Below, one piece after another: positions 12,901 through 25,592 of a stretch of 64,000 nt of DNA (position 1 is the first letter of the stretch; each line of letters starts with the position of its first letter). The position numbers and the translations under genes are program-made. The notes under the pieces are model-generated. The model was not told where the DNA came from. It worked only from the letters and a program-made list of their open reading frames with translations, and ran no database searches. The DNA is from Squalus acanthias. Its lineage: Eukaryota. The stretch spans positions 57,662,001 through 57,726,000 of the forward strand of contig CM059432.1 of NCBI GenBank assembly GCA_030390025.1, read 5' to 3'.

Positions 12901-14446
12901 AAAGTTCCACTATAGTTACTGCAGTTGCTCTACTCTCCTTTCTGCTCACAGAAGGTACTAATTGTTTCATCATTCAGGTCTTGCTGAATGGTAGCATCTT
13001 TCTAGATGTGTAGCCGATCAGTGAGAGCCCTACAGCTACACTTATACATGTCTGCAGGGATCCCATCTGGTCCTTGAGTTTTGTCTATCTACATTGCCTT
13101 AATAGCTTCACTAGTTGGAAAATGTGGGGCTCTCATCCATGTTATTGTGCAGTGGCCTCTGTGTGATTGTATTGAGGGCTTCATCCATAATGATGTACAA
13201 TCTGTTCAGTAGTTTCTGAAAGTGCATGCACTATCTCTGCATGACCTCAGCTTTGCCTGTGATGAGGGTGGCTCCAACTATACTCTGCAACGGTGATTCA
13301 TTGGTATGCTTCGGGGATGAAACCTCCTTTAGTGCTTTATAGGATCATAGAAATATAAAATCTCAGCTCAGGTCGGTCCTAGAGTTCAAAACCAGAAAAC
13401 ACAACTCGCTAGCTATTTTCCTCAATTGATTTTCTCACCAAATTATTGTCCAAATCCCTCTTATTATTGACATTATCAGCCTCGATCACCTCCCTGGACA
13501 AGCCATTCCAAACATTCACCATCCTCCGTGCAAAGTAGTTAAATTTGACTTGTCATTTCACTTTCCCTCTTTTGAAGTTCATTCCATGCCCTATTGTTAT
13601 TCTTGAGACCATGGTAAACAGTTTCTTGACACTTCTTTATTCATTACATTCTCTGTGCTCTAGTAATGTACTTTGAACCTCTGATCCCTTCTCCATCTTG
13701 TTCCACCTGCTACCTACAAATGCACCTTTCCTCACAGTGTGCCATGCATGAGCAAGTCTCCCTAACTCACCACACTTGACCTTTCCTGATTTTTTGCCCC
13801 TTAAATAACCTGATGTGTCAAACTGTTGTAACAAAAGATTGCCCAGCTTTCACTGCAATACTCAAGGTCTTCTTCTCTTCTCTCTCACAGGAGAAGGGTA
13901 CCCATAATCACCAGGTATCTCAGGCCAAGGATTGTAGTTTCCCTGCCACAATAAACTGATTCCTTATGAAGAAGCTTTGGAGATCCTGGGGAACCATGTA
14001 GCCAAACCTATTGGGATGGAGATGTAGGAGGGCCATATGAAGCTCACCTGTATAATGGTTTGGGAGTACAAACACACTAGCATGAAACATGATCAGGCAC
14101 CTTTGAAAGCTACAGAGGAACTCTTATATTATAACCTGGCTTCATGCTCTTGTCCTCTAAGAAAATCCAAAGTAAGATGCTGCTGAGAAAAAAGAGGATG
14201 GAATATGTGAAATGGGCTTCCACTTATGCCCCACCAACCACCTCCTCATTTAATCCTTCTCTCTCGCTCACCAGCCCAGAGAAATCCATTCAGGTGGGGG
14301 GCACAGGTATAATTAGTTCTGATGAGGATTTTTCACTGTGTGAGACACGGTACACGTGGAGGACAATGTTCCCTCTAATTTTTTTTGTACTGAGCGGGCC
14401 ACGAACTCCTTTGAGCGCGACCTTTTCGTCCGTGGGCAAATTTTAC

Positions 14447-14485
14447 TACAACAACAACTTTTACAACAACAGCAGCAACAGCAAT
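14447..14485. repeat. (CAA/CAG)n microsatellite
   Basis: acaacaacaac...aacagcagcaacagcaa. Confidence 0.6.
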
Positions 14486-14496
14486 CACTTCAAAGC

Positions 14497-14972
14497 AAAG
14501 AAAGAAAGACTTGCATTTATATAGCGCCTTTCACGACCACCGGACGTCTCAAAGCGCTTTACAGCCAATGAAGTACTTTTTGAAGTGGAGTCACTGTTGT
14601 AATGTAGGGAACGCGGCAACCCATTTGTGCACAACAAGGTCCCACAAACAGCAATGTGATAGTGACAAAATAATCTGTTTTTTTGTTATGTTGGTTGAAG
14701 GATAAATATTGGCCAGGACACCGGGGATAACTCCCCTGCTCTTCTTCGAAATAGTGCCATGGGATCTTTAACGTCCACCTGAGAGGGTAGACGGGGCCTT
14801 GGTTTAACGTCTCATCCAAAAGATGGCACCTCCAACAGTGCAGCACTCCCTCAGCACTGCACTGAAGTGTCAGCCTAGATTTATTTATGTGCTCAAGTCC
14901 CTGGAATGGGACTTGAACCCACAACCTTCTGACTCAGAGGCGAGTGTGCTACCAACTGAGCCACAGCTGACA
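14497..14972 (-). mobile_element. tRNA-derived Deu-domain SINE (SacSINE1-like), near full length
   Basis: Minus strand: A box TGGCTCAGTTGG, B box GGTTCAAGTCCC, Deu-like body gagggagtgctgcactgttggaggtgcc...gagacgttaaacc, L2-like tail ggcgctatataaatgcaagt(cttt)n. Confidence 0.8.
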
Positions 14973-15909
14973 CTATATATACACAGTAATGCCATATTGC
15001 CACCCCACCGTCTCAAATCATGAGACAATCATAAGAACATAAGAAATAAGAGCAGGAGTAGGCCATACGGCACCTCGAGCCTGCTCCGCCATTCAATAAG
15101 ACCTTGGCTGATCATTGACCTCAACTCCACTTACCCGCCCGATCTCCATATCCCTTGATTCCCCTAGAGTCAAAAATCTATTTATCTCAGCCTTGAATAT
15201 ACTCAAAGACTCAGCATGCACAGCTCTCTGGGGCAGAAAATTCCAAAGATTCACAACCCTCTGAGTGAAGAAATTCCATCTCATCTCAGTCTTAAATGGC
15301 CTACCTCTTATCCTGAGACTATGCCCACTCGTTCGAGACACTCCAGCCAGGGGAAACAACCTCTCAGCATTTACCCTGTCAATCCCCTTCAGAATCTTGT
15401 ATGTTTCAATGAGAACACCTCTCATTCTTCTAAACTCCAGAGAGTATAGGCCCATTCTACACAATCTCTCATCATAGGACAGCCCCCTCATCCCAGGAAT
15501 CAATCTAGTGAACCTTCGTTGCACCGCCTCCAAGGCAAGTATATCCTTCCTTAGATAAGGAGACCAAAACTGTGCACAGTACTCCAGGTGTGGTCTCACC
15601 AAGGCCCTGTATAATTGTAGCAAGACTTCCTTACTCTTATACTCCAACCCCCTTGCAATAAAGGCCAACATACTATTTGCCTTCCTTATTGCTTGCTGTA
15701 CCTGCATGCTAGCTTTCTGTGTTTCTTGCATGAGAACACCCAAATCTCTCTGAACACCAACATTTGAAAGTTTCTCACCATTTAAAAAATATTCTGTTTT
15801 TCTATTCTTCCTACCAAAGTGAATAACCTCACATTTCCCTACATTATTCTCCATCTGCCACTTTACTGCCCACTCACTTAGTCTATCTATATCCCTTTGC
15901 AGACTCTTT

Positions 15910-18900
15910 GGGCTGGATTTTGATTCAGGGGCGGGTTGGGGTCGTGTAATCCGCATTTCGTGTTAGCCACCCGAATCTAAATCAATGTGGGAGATTGATG
16001 TAATTTTAACATAATTGGCCAATTGAGTTCCAATGTGTGGGAACCCATGGTCAGTGAGTTTTTCCAGTCTGAAAGTCGCTTCCGATGATGTCATCATTGC
16101 TGCAGCATTTAAGGTCTGCAACAAGCCTTGCTTCCTCTGCAGACTGCCAAGCTTCTGCCTTTGCATGTTAGAGGCACCTGCAGGAAGAATGGCCAGCCAG
16201 AGACCTAGGTCTGCACCTCGATTTGATGACGTCGCCCTGCAAGCTTTAATTGAGGAAGCCAGAGCTAATAAGGAGCTGCTCTTCCCTTCTTCAGGGAGGA
16301 AGAAGCCTTCCCATCAAACCAAGGCTGTGTGGATCCAGGTGACAGAGGAGGTCAACTCGTTGTCCATAACCCGCAGAACCTGGCTTCAGTGCAGGAAGAG
16401 GATTCATGACCTGCTGCGCACTGGAAAAGTGAGTATGAATTTCCCATCACCCTCATTCTGATCCCCATTGCCTCTCCTCACCAGCTCTCAGCTTTGACAA
16501 CCTCTTCCTCCACATCCCACTTGACACTGACATCCCTGCACCCTCACCCATTCCCTCTCTCTGTATGGTTACATTCACCTAACTATTCGACTATGCAGCC
16601 CTCACACTCCCTATCGCTGTGATGCTATGAAAACAACTTACAACACACAGGGAGGGCCCATGGTCTTGCCACCTCACTCCGAATTTGTCTCCTTCTAACC
16701 ATCAATGATATAGATTCTCTACACTCACTCCTTCATTCTCACTCAAACTCCACTTGTCTCCCTCATTGCAGGAAAAGAGAGCTCACAATAAGAGGGAAAG
16801 AGCGAGGACAGGAGGAGGGCCACTCTCAGTAGCCCAGCTCTCCACCTGGGAGGAGGCGGTCATGGAGATCATGGGAGTGGAGGAGCATGCGCAAGTGGGG
16901 GATGGACAGACGGGTGCATCAGAGCAAGCTGGTGACAGAATAGTTTATCATCTCTCTCACTGACATTGCATGAGTCACTGATAATGATTCTGATGCACCA
17001 GCAGACTGACTTATGATCATCTGCAATATGCAATGTGCATGTAACCTTGAACTCACATCTCTGACTCTTTCCTTTACTCCCCCCGAGGACCATCGCAAGC
17101 AGCCGTCCCCACCGTCCAGGAGGAAGAGCATGAGCCTCACCACTCCTCAGAGGAAGCTGTAACCTCTGAGGGCACCGCATCAGCAGAATTCAGCGCACCC
17201 AGCACCAGTACAGACACTCACACCTCGGAGGGAACATCGCGAGATAGAGTAGTGTTGTCACCTGGTGTATCACAGCTCACAAGTGAGCATCAGCAGATAG
17301 TGGAGACGGGGACAGCAGTGGAGAGTCCTAGTCAGAGGGCGCAGGACTCTCCTAGCTCGGCTCAGCTGCATGTCGACCCTCTGCCTCTGGGTCCATCCAT
17401 AAGATCAGCGGTGCTGGGACTCCAGGAACAGATGCAGGAGTCTCTGGCAGGTTTTCGTCTCCAGGGTCGCTGCGAGTGTGGAGCAAATGGAGGAGTCCAT
17501 AGTGAACATGAGCAGAGCCTTTGTGGCGTCATTGCCACATGAACGCATCACCACGGAAAGGATGGCAACCTCCGTGGAAAGGATGGCTACAGTAGAGGAG
17601 AGGATAGCTACGGCTATGGAGGAGATAAGTCGCCAGAGTGTAGAAAACATGGTCATTGTTCAGAATAGACTGGCATCTCTTGAGGAGCGATGGTCATCTA
17701 TTGAACACAGAAACCAGACCTTCATGGAAGTCCTTCTGAGTAGGACTTCCAGTACAGATACGGGTCCCCATGGCCCCCCTGATGTGCAGCAAGGTGCTCT
17801 CAATCCACTTGCAAGCGCTGAGGTGGGGCTGACCCATGAGGGGGATGTTGGTGGCAGACAACAAGGAAGTGGGGGCTCCTCTCCAAGCGCTCACATGACC
17901 AAGCCACTGCAAAGCCCTCGGTCAGAGCCCCACCAGAGTCCTCACCCAACTGAGATGGGCGTCTCAACCCCTGCACAGCCGCAGGAGCAACAGACTGTTG
18001 CCGAGCCCTCACAGGTTCGCAACCCCAGAGGACGCCCGCCAAAGGTGTCGAGGCAGGAGCAGCAAGAAAGTGAGCAAGGGGCCTCCACATCTGCTGAAGC
18101 CACAGTGGAAGCACCACGTGGGAGCATGCGTAAAAGAAAAATAATGCACAAGTAGTCACAAGGGTAGTCACTTGGGTGTAATGTTGTGTTTAATCTTGAA
18201 ATGCCAGCACTTGCTTGGTGTGATTAAAAATTCTGCTGGCAAACTGCTGAAGTTGTGGCGTCTGTCATTTCGCAAATGGGACTTCCACATTGAGGGCTTA
18301 GGATGACTTGCAATTGTCAGTATGGTGGTCAGAGTGATAGGAATCCACAGGTTCCTGGCCATTGTCGATGGTCTGATAAGAAGGTGCGAGGCAAAAGTGT
18401 TTGATTGTGCAGGCTAAGCAAATCTGGTCAAGTGCGTCCCTTGCATCTCGGGCAGCAATGTGGTCGCGCGCTGGCGCCTTCTGGCCTGTGCAGCTTCAGG
18501 TGGGTGAGGAACAGCTTGGCACTCCTGTTGATGCTGCTGCTGCTGGTGGTGCTGTTGTTCATGGTTCTGCTGCTGCCATGGCTGGTCCTCATCCGAATCT
18601 GATGTCCAGGAGGAAAGGAAATAAATGGTTCCCATGCTTCTGGTATATGCCTCAGTTGAGGAAGCACTCAGTCAAGGTGGTGAGAGGGGTTTCCCAGGAG
18701 GTCACACTGGAGATGGGTGTCAGGCTCCAAACTTCCACAGCTGTGGTTATGCCATATAAAAGTTCCCCCAGACCTCAGACAACAAAGTCCTGCCAACTGC
18801 AAATGATGGCTGATCACATCTCCTATTTCATGGTTGAGCTGCAGCTGATAGTCAGCAATCCAAATGTGCTACCACCAGGTTTCACATTCGTGGTTCAGAA

Positions 18901-19164
18901 CAGGCGTGCTTCACGTGGAAAAAGGGTAAGATCACAAAGGCCTTTCAAAATGGCATTATAGAGGCAATTTAGTGCTTGTTAAGGGCCTTAACGGCCTATC
19001 CCGCCTCTTGGAGGCAGGACGGAGTCGGGACCAGCAGACACGATTTAATGAAAATTGCGTGGAGGCAGGATGGAGGCGGGCTTGTGCCCGCCCGCCAGTT
19101 TTCGCAATTTTAACTCCCCACACGCCTCCAAACCCGCCTCCACGGGTCAATGAAAATTCTGCCC
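15910..19164 (+). mobile_element. Non-autonomous Harbinger element retaining its Myb/SANT gene
   Basis: TIRs GGGCTGGATTTT...AAAATTCTGCCC; TTT TSD (15907-15909, 19165-19167); removal restores CR1. Confidence 0.92.
16189..18155 (+). pseudogene. Three-exon Myb/SANT + coiled-coil + AT-hook protein (16189-16428, 16772-16931, 17088-18155; one frameshift ~17451)
   Basis: MASQRPRSAPRFDD...VWIQVTEEVNS...RTWLQCRKRIHDL; GT-AG introns in phases 0 and 1; heptads ERMATSV/ERMATVE/ERIATAM; PRGRPPK; C-terminal RKRK. Confidence 0.82.
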
Positions 19165-19549
19165 TTTGTGTTCTCCTCACAGCTTACTGTCCCACCTAGC
19201 TTTGTATCATCAGCAAACTTGGATACATTACACTCGGTCTCTTCATCTAGGTCATTAATATAGATTATAAATAGCTGAGGCCCCAACACTGATCCTTGTG
19301 GCACCCCACTAGTTACAGCCTGCCAACCTGAAAAAGATCCGTTTATCCCTACTCTCTGTTTTCTGTCCGTTAACCAATCCTCTATCCATGCTACTATATT
19401 ACCCCCAACCCCATGAGCCCTAATCTTGTGTAATAACTTTTTATGTGGCACCTTATCGAATGCCTTTTGGAAATCCAAATATACTACATCCACTGGTTCC
19501 CCTTTATCTACCCTGCTAGTTAATCCTCAAAAAACTCTAATGAATCAGT

Positions 19550-20120
19550 TATGGTTCGATACAAGGTTAAAATAACTTTGCTGCTTTTGAATTCCATTCC
19601 TCTAGAAATGAACCCCAGTGCTTTATTTGCACTTTTATGGCTTTTTTAACCTGCGTTGCTACTTTTAATAATTTGTGAATCTATACCCCTTGATCCCTTT
19701 GCACCTCTACTCCATTTAGACTCTTATTTTCGAAGGAGTAGGTATAGAATCATAGAATGGTTACAGCACAGAAGATGTCCATTCGGCCCATCAAGCCCGT
19801 GCCAACTCTCAGCTAATCCCACTCCCCTGCCCTTTCCCCGTAGCCCTGCAATTTTTTTTCCTTCAGATACTTATCCAACTCCCTTTTGAAAGTTAAAATT
19901 GAGTCTGCCTCCACCACCCTTTCAGGAATTGCATTCCAGATCTTAACCACTCGCTGTGTAAAAAAGTTTTTTCTTACGTCGCCTTTGGTTCTTTTGCCAA
20001 TCACCTTAAATCTGTGTCCTCTGGTTATTCCTCTGGCCTCGTCATTCCTCGTACCAAAATGCACCACCTCACCCTTATCTATATTGAAATTAATTTGTCA
20101 TTTACATGCCCATTCTGCAA
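19550..20120 (-). mobile_element. Nested CR1 3' fragments
   Basis: TRGHRFKVIGKRTKGDVRKNFFTQRVVKIWN and CR1 3' UTR. Confidence 0.75.
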
Positions 20121-21256
20121 GTTTGTTTATGGTAGAATTAATTAAAAGCTTTTACAAACATGTACAAACTCTATTTTTTTTTTAAATTACTTGTCAGAAA
20201 TAACTGGGATATAAAAGAACTGCATAATAATGCATTAACACTTCAGAAACATCACTCAGTTACACGGTTATGCATCGACAAACAATCCAAAAGTCCAAGG
20301 TGAGCTGAAAGAGGCATATCTATTCGTGCAATTTGTATTAATTTTAAAGTTTTCAACTTATTAGCCCATCCCTCATGTCACTATAGCAATGGCTGCACAA
20401 TCAGCAGCTTTCCTATGGCACAGACGTGCTGTATGTCCACATAAGTCATTAGAATATTATTCACAATGCAACCAGACACCCAACAAATATAAAGTGCTGT
20501 CATTCTTTAGTTCACAGTATTAAAAAGAATTGAACAAAATGGGTATTTTCAACTTCAATCACTTCCATTAATAAACGTTGTCTTCTTGAACCAGAACACC
20601 CACCATGTAACATGTCAGAAATGCAGCACTTATTCACAAGTGCAGAAAAACACATACACAATTTGTGTTACCGAATTAAAAACAAAAAGAAGGAAAAGCT
20701 ATGATTTAACAGAAATAAACAAACATTCATCTTTCTTCCTGGACAGAAGAACCAATCAGACTGACTTGGAAATGTTTACTAGTATGGCGATGTAATTTAC
20801 GAATTTCGCTTGTAATGTTTTGCTCTCAAACATGCTCCACAATATTAATCCCTGCTCTTAAGAGTAAGGAAGTCTTACTACGATTGTACAGGGCTTTGGT
20901 CAGACCACATCTGGAGTACTGTGCACAGTTTTGGTCTCCTTATCTGAGGAAGGATATGCTAATAGTGGAGATTAGTCGGGGCAATGGTGGAGGACGTAAC
21001 AGACATGTGGGGACTCATCCCCTGTGAGGTGTCAATGGCAGATTGGGCCACAAAAATAGAGGCACCAAATCTAATTTTGCTTCTAATGTTTTGCTCTCAA
21101 ATGCTCCACAATATTAATCTCTGCTCTTAAGAGTAAGGAAGTCTTACTACGATTATACAGGCTACATGGTGGGTGTTCTGGTTCAAGAAGACAACGTTTA
21201 ATAATGGAAGTGATTGAAGTTGAAAATATCCATTTTTGTTCAATTCTTTTTAATCA

Positions 21257-22602
21257 TCCACTATAAGGCCACTGACTCCCACAGCTACCTGGACTACACT
21301 TCCTTCCACCCCGCTTCCTGTAAGGACTCTATTCCATTCTCCCACTTTCTCTGTCTCTGCCGCATCTGCTCTGATGATGCCACCTTCCATACTGGTGCTT
21401 CCGATATGTCTTCCTTTTTCCTCTACCATGGTTAACAAGGCCCTCGACCGTGTCCGTTCCATTTCCCGCACTTCTGCTCTCAGCCCTTCCCCTCCCTCCC
21501 AGAACCACGATAGGGTTCCCCTTGTCCTCACCTTTCACCCCACCAGCCTCCACATTCAACGGATCATCCTCCGCCATTTCCACCACCTCCAGCGTGATCC
21601 CACTACCAAACACATCTTCCCCTCCCCCCCCCTTTCAGCATTCTGAAGGGACCACTCCCTTTGCAACACCCTGGTCCACTCCTTCCCCTTCCCACAGCAC
21701 CTTCCCATGCAAGCGCAGGAGATGCAACGCCTGCCCTTTTACCTCCTCCCTTCCCACTGTCCAGGGCCGCAAACATTCATTCCAGGTGAAACAGCGATTT
21801 ACTTGTACTTCTTGCAATTTAGTATACTGTATTCACTGCTCACGATGCAGTCTCCTCTACATTGGGGAGACCAAACGCAGATTGGGTGTTCGCTTTGCGG
21901 AACATCTCCGTTCAGTCCGTAAGCATGACCCCGAGCTTCCGGTCGCCTGTCACCCTAATTCTCCTCTCCACTCCCACTCTGATCTCTCTGTCCTCGGCCT
22001 CTTACACTGTTCCAACGAAGCTCGAGGAACAGCACCTCATCTTTTGAATAGGCACTTTACAGCCTTCTGGACTCAACATCGAGTTCAACAATTTCAGACT
22101 ATAACCTCGGCCCTTATGTTTTCTTTCTTCTCTCACATGGCAGCTGTTGATGATTCTGCCATTGCCATTTACACCTCATCTGGAGACATCTTTTGTTTCT
22201 TAACTTGTCCCATTACCATCTCGACGATAGCAAAATACTGCGGATGCTGGAAATCTGAAATAACAACAGAAAACGCTGGAAAAACTCAGCAGGCCAGGCA
22301 GCGCCTGGCCTGCTGAGTTTTTCCAGCGTTTTCTGTTGTTATTTCCCATTACCATCTCCTTTTGCCTTGCACCATCATCCCTTTTATCTTTTAATCTCTC
22401 CTGCCTTTCATTCTATCACAGACCTTCCCTTTGTTCTTTCCTCTCCTCCTCCCTTTCCCTGCCCCACACTTGCTTAAAAATCTGTTACTTCCCCAACTTT
22501 TTCCAGTTCTGATGAAGAGTCATTGGCCTGAAACGTTAACTCTGTTTCTCTCTCCACGATGCTGCCTGACATGCTGAGTGTTTCCAGCATTTTCTGTTGT
22601 TG
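21257..22602 (+). mobile_element. 5'-truncated PLE copy (RT C-terminus, GIY-YIG, pLTR with degenerate hammerhead at 22504-22544)
   Basis: YKATDSHSYLDY, CKRRRCNAC, NLVYCIHCSRCSLLYIGETKRR; homologous to 6969-8265. Confidence 0.92.
22223..22343 (-). mobile_element. 121-bp fold-back PLE micro-insertion nested in an older PLE
   Basis: 15-bp TSD TCCCATTACCATCTC (22208-22222, 22344-22358); consists of a pLTR end plus its inverse. Confidence 0.9.
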
Positions 22603-23040
22603 TCACCGAATCTAATACATTAGCAACTATTAGCAAGGTCACATTAACGAGATTGTCCAGGTCATCTCCTGTTCCTTTGTAAGAGGAAACATCAGGTTAA
22701 ATTGATTAGCCGTTAAACCATAGATGGCCATTATGTCAATGTCTAGAGGTTTGGAGAAAAGGAACTTCACTTCAATATACATTCTGGGCAAAGTCTCACA
22801 CATCCCATGCTACCTCAATCAGACAGGATTTGTCTTTAACAAATCTATGCTGGCTGTCCCTTATTAATCCATCTGAACCACAGGAGCAGATTTAACATGC
22901 CATCCCAAAAACAAATAGGCTGTTGGTGGGAGGAAAACATCTGTTGAACCAAATGACTTGTTCTGTTCCGTTTTCTTATTATTACGCCAGACATTAGCAA
23001 TAACTTTGTTTCCAACATTTGCTGGAAGCAGGTGAGAAAC

Positions 23041-23856
23041 TAAGAGGGTGCTAATGGGGTGCAAAGCAACTAGCGCCTGGGCACGGCGATGTTTGCGGCG
23101 CTCGCAAAATTGACCAGACATTTTGCGGCAGCGCTAAACACTACCGCCACGATCTCCTGCGCCCACAGATCGTGACGTCAGTCGAGCGTGTAATGCCCCG
23201 AACCGGATATTGAGTGGTGCCCCCTGCCTTTCCGCCTGCCGCTAGCAACGACAGGTAGAGGGGAACGTTTTGCAGTCGGGAAGGGACTGGGGGAGTGCTA
23301 TTTAAAGGCGGCCGCTTCCTGCCTTTTTTGTCGGTGACATTTTTGCACCACATTCTGAGAGAGAGGGAGAGACTTCTGGAGAGATTCAATGCTGTGTGAA
23401 GGAGTATTGGATACTGAGCAGCACTTTGCAGGTTCATTTTGATTTGACCTTCCTTGCATCGCTTTAGAAGAGTCTATGGGGGCTGCAGTCAGCTCTTTCC
23501 CTGGGTCTCTCCATTGTTCTTTCCAGCAGAATTGATGTACAGGTCTGTCTAGGCCGAGATTCAAGGTTGCAATGAGCAGGGTGTGGCTGGAGAGCAAGAT
23601 CAACCCTCCCCTTTAAGAACTGGCTGGTGCCAGTGTGTCTGTGTTCCATTGCTAACTGACATCACCTGAGCTTCGCCAGTCCTCTGAGGTAGCACCTCGC
23701 TCCTCGGCGTTAGCGCCTAAGAGAGGTGTGTAGCGCCTGATTTAGCGCTCAAATCACCTCCAGGGGCGATAGAGGCCAAGTTTGCAGTCAGAGGCGATAA
23801 TTTGCGCCCGGCCTATAATTGTGCCCCAAACAGGGCGATACCGAATTTCTTCCCCC
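23041..23856 (-). mobile_element. Harbinger-type MITE family A, copy 2 (one end truncated)
   Basis: Reverse-complement homolog of 40702-41550; ends ccgaatttcttccccc. Confidence 0.85.
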
Positions 23857-23857
23857 A

Positions 23858-24110
23858 GATAATCTGTTTTAGTGGAATATAAATATTGGCCAGGCCACTG
23901 GGTGAACTCCTTGGCTCTACTTTGAACTGTGCTATGGGATCTATTATGTCCACCCGAGAGGGCAGACGAGGCCTCGGTTTAGTGTCTCATCCAAAAGACG
24001 ACACCTCCAACAGTGCAGAATTCCCTCAGTACTGCACTGAAGTGTCAGCCTAGATTATGTGCTCACATCTCTGGAGGCAAAAGTGCGACCACTGAGACAG
24101 GGCTGACATC
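23858..24110 (-). mobile_element. Degraded Deu-domain SINE
   Basis: Homologous to 14670-14970. Confidence 0.75.
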
Positions 24111-24544
24111 AAGGAGTGGCACTGGGGGAGACATGGTTATATTAAGAAGCGCTTGCTGTAAATATATATGTGCAAAGTAAAATGACTTTGTAATATGGAG
24201 TCCAGTGTTCTAAAGTATGTGTGTTCCATATTTGGTTTCTGGGTTTGAGAGAATGTTTGAAGGTCAGTTTGCTGCAGGCCACACAGAAGGGTACTTTTCC
24301 TAGGTGGTCTTCTTCTCTTCTGGTGTAGCCTTATCCTGTGTACTCTCTCATTTCCTCTTCCTCCTGCTCCTTTTCTGCCTTAATTATAAGGACATATATG
24401 GGAATGACCGTAGAGGACCCCTTGATAAGAGCTTTGTGACAGAATGGTTGAAAGAAAAATATTTCCCTGCCTAACTTATAATACTCCTGTGAAGCGCCTT
24501 GGGACGTTGAAGGTGCTATATAAATACAAGTTGTTGTTGTTGTC

Positions 24545-25135
24545 AAAACTGCTGCATCCTGACAGCTCCCACCATATTGTAAATTCTCATGCAGGAATCT
24601 CTGCCTGTTATTGAAAATGAGCTGCGCATTTAGGGAATGGAAGCCTTTGCGGTTCATATAAATATGGGGGTTTCCATCTGGGGCACACAATGCCACACAG
24701 GTGCGATTAATAGTTCCCACAACCTTGAGGAATCCGGCAATAACAAAAAAAAATGTTGACCCTCTCAGTCATCTGTGTATGAGCGCTGTCAAATCGTATA
24801 AACTGAGATGCTTTGGCAAGGAGGACATTAGAGGATTGTACAACAAATCGGCTAGTCTGGCAAAAGTCCCCTTTGGTTCTCTGGAAAGCGACCATCTGGC
24901 TGCAGCAATGAACAGAGCTCCTCCAAAGCTTCATGACTGAAGCAAAGCCTCTGGTGACAGAGCGCCTGGGAAAGGTTTTGGAAAGTGTTCCTGGTTCTAT
25001 ACATCCTGCTGGATGGGTAGTGATGGTCTGGTCTGGTGCTGCCTGATTAATCTGGCTTCCCTTACCGCCTCCTGCTGCTCCTCATCCACCAGAATACAGA
25101 TCATGTAAAATGGGATTCCCATTGCGAAGTCCCTT
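24545..25135 (-). pseudogene. Harbinger DDE transposase remnant (HARBI1-like)
   Basis: GTINRTCVALCAPDGNPHIYMNRKGFHSLNAQL...GSCQDA resembles the GAIDCTH...NRKGFHSINVQ...GSxHD motifs. Confidence 0.8.
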
Positions 25136-25312
25136 GTACAGCCCTCAGAACCTGACTCAGTAATTTTCTTGAAATACAATGCTTTCCAAGGATAATGCAG
25201 AATGTGGGGAAGGTTTCCTGAGTATAGTAATTAAATGTTTTTTTTACAGTGCCTGCAGTAAGTGACAAGATATGGTCCAAAGTCTCCATTAGCAACCTCA
25301 GTGTCCCTTTAA

Positions 25313-25592
25313 TCATAGAATTATATGCACAGAAGGAGACCATTTGGCCAATCGTGCCAGTGCCGGCTCTTTGAAAGAGCTATGCAATTAGTCCCACTCT
25401 CCTGCTCTTTCCCCATAGCCCTGCAAATTTTTCCTTGTCAAGTGTATATCCAATTCCCTTTTGAAAGTTAAGTTGCTTCCATCATCTTTTCAGGCAGTGT
25501 ATTCTAGATCATAACAATTTGCTGCATAAAAAAAGTCTCCTCATCTCTCCCCTGGTTCTTTTATGAATTATCATAAATCTGTGTCCTCTGGT
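25313..25592 (-). mobile_element. CR1 3'-end fragment
   Basis: Same 3' UTR family as 19745-20025 and 28357-28615. Confidence 0.7.

Larger units (their letters stand above)
15029..19540 (-). mobile_element. CR1 LINE 3' portion split by a Harbinger insertion (15029-15909 and 19165-19540)
   Basis: [27 protein letters not shown], then LQRDIDRLSEWAVKWQM, LVRPHLEYCAQFWSP; CR1 3' tail at ~15030. Confidence 0.93.
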
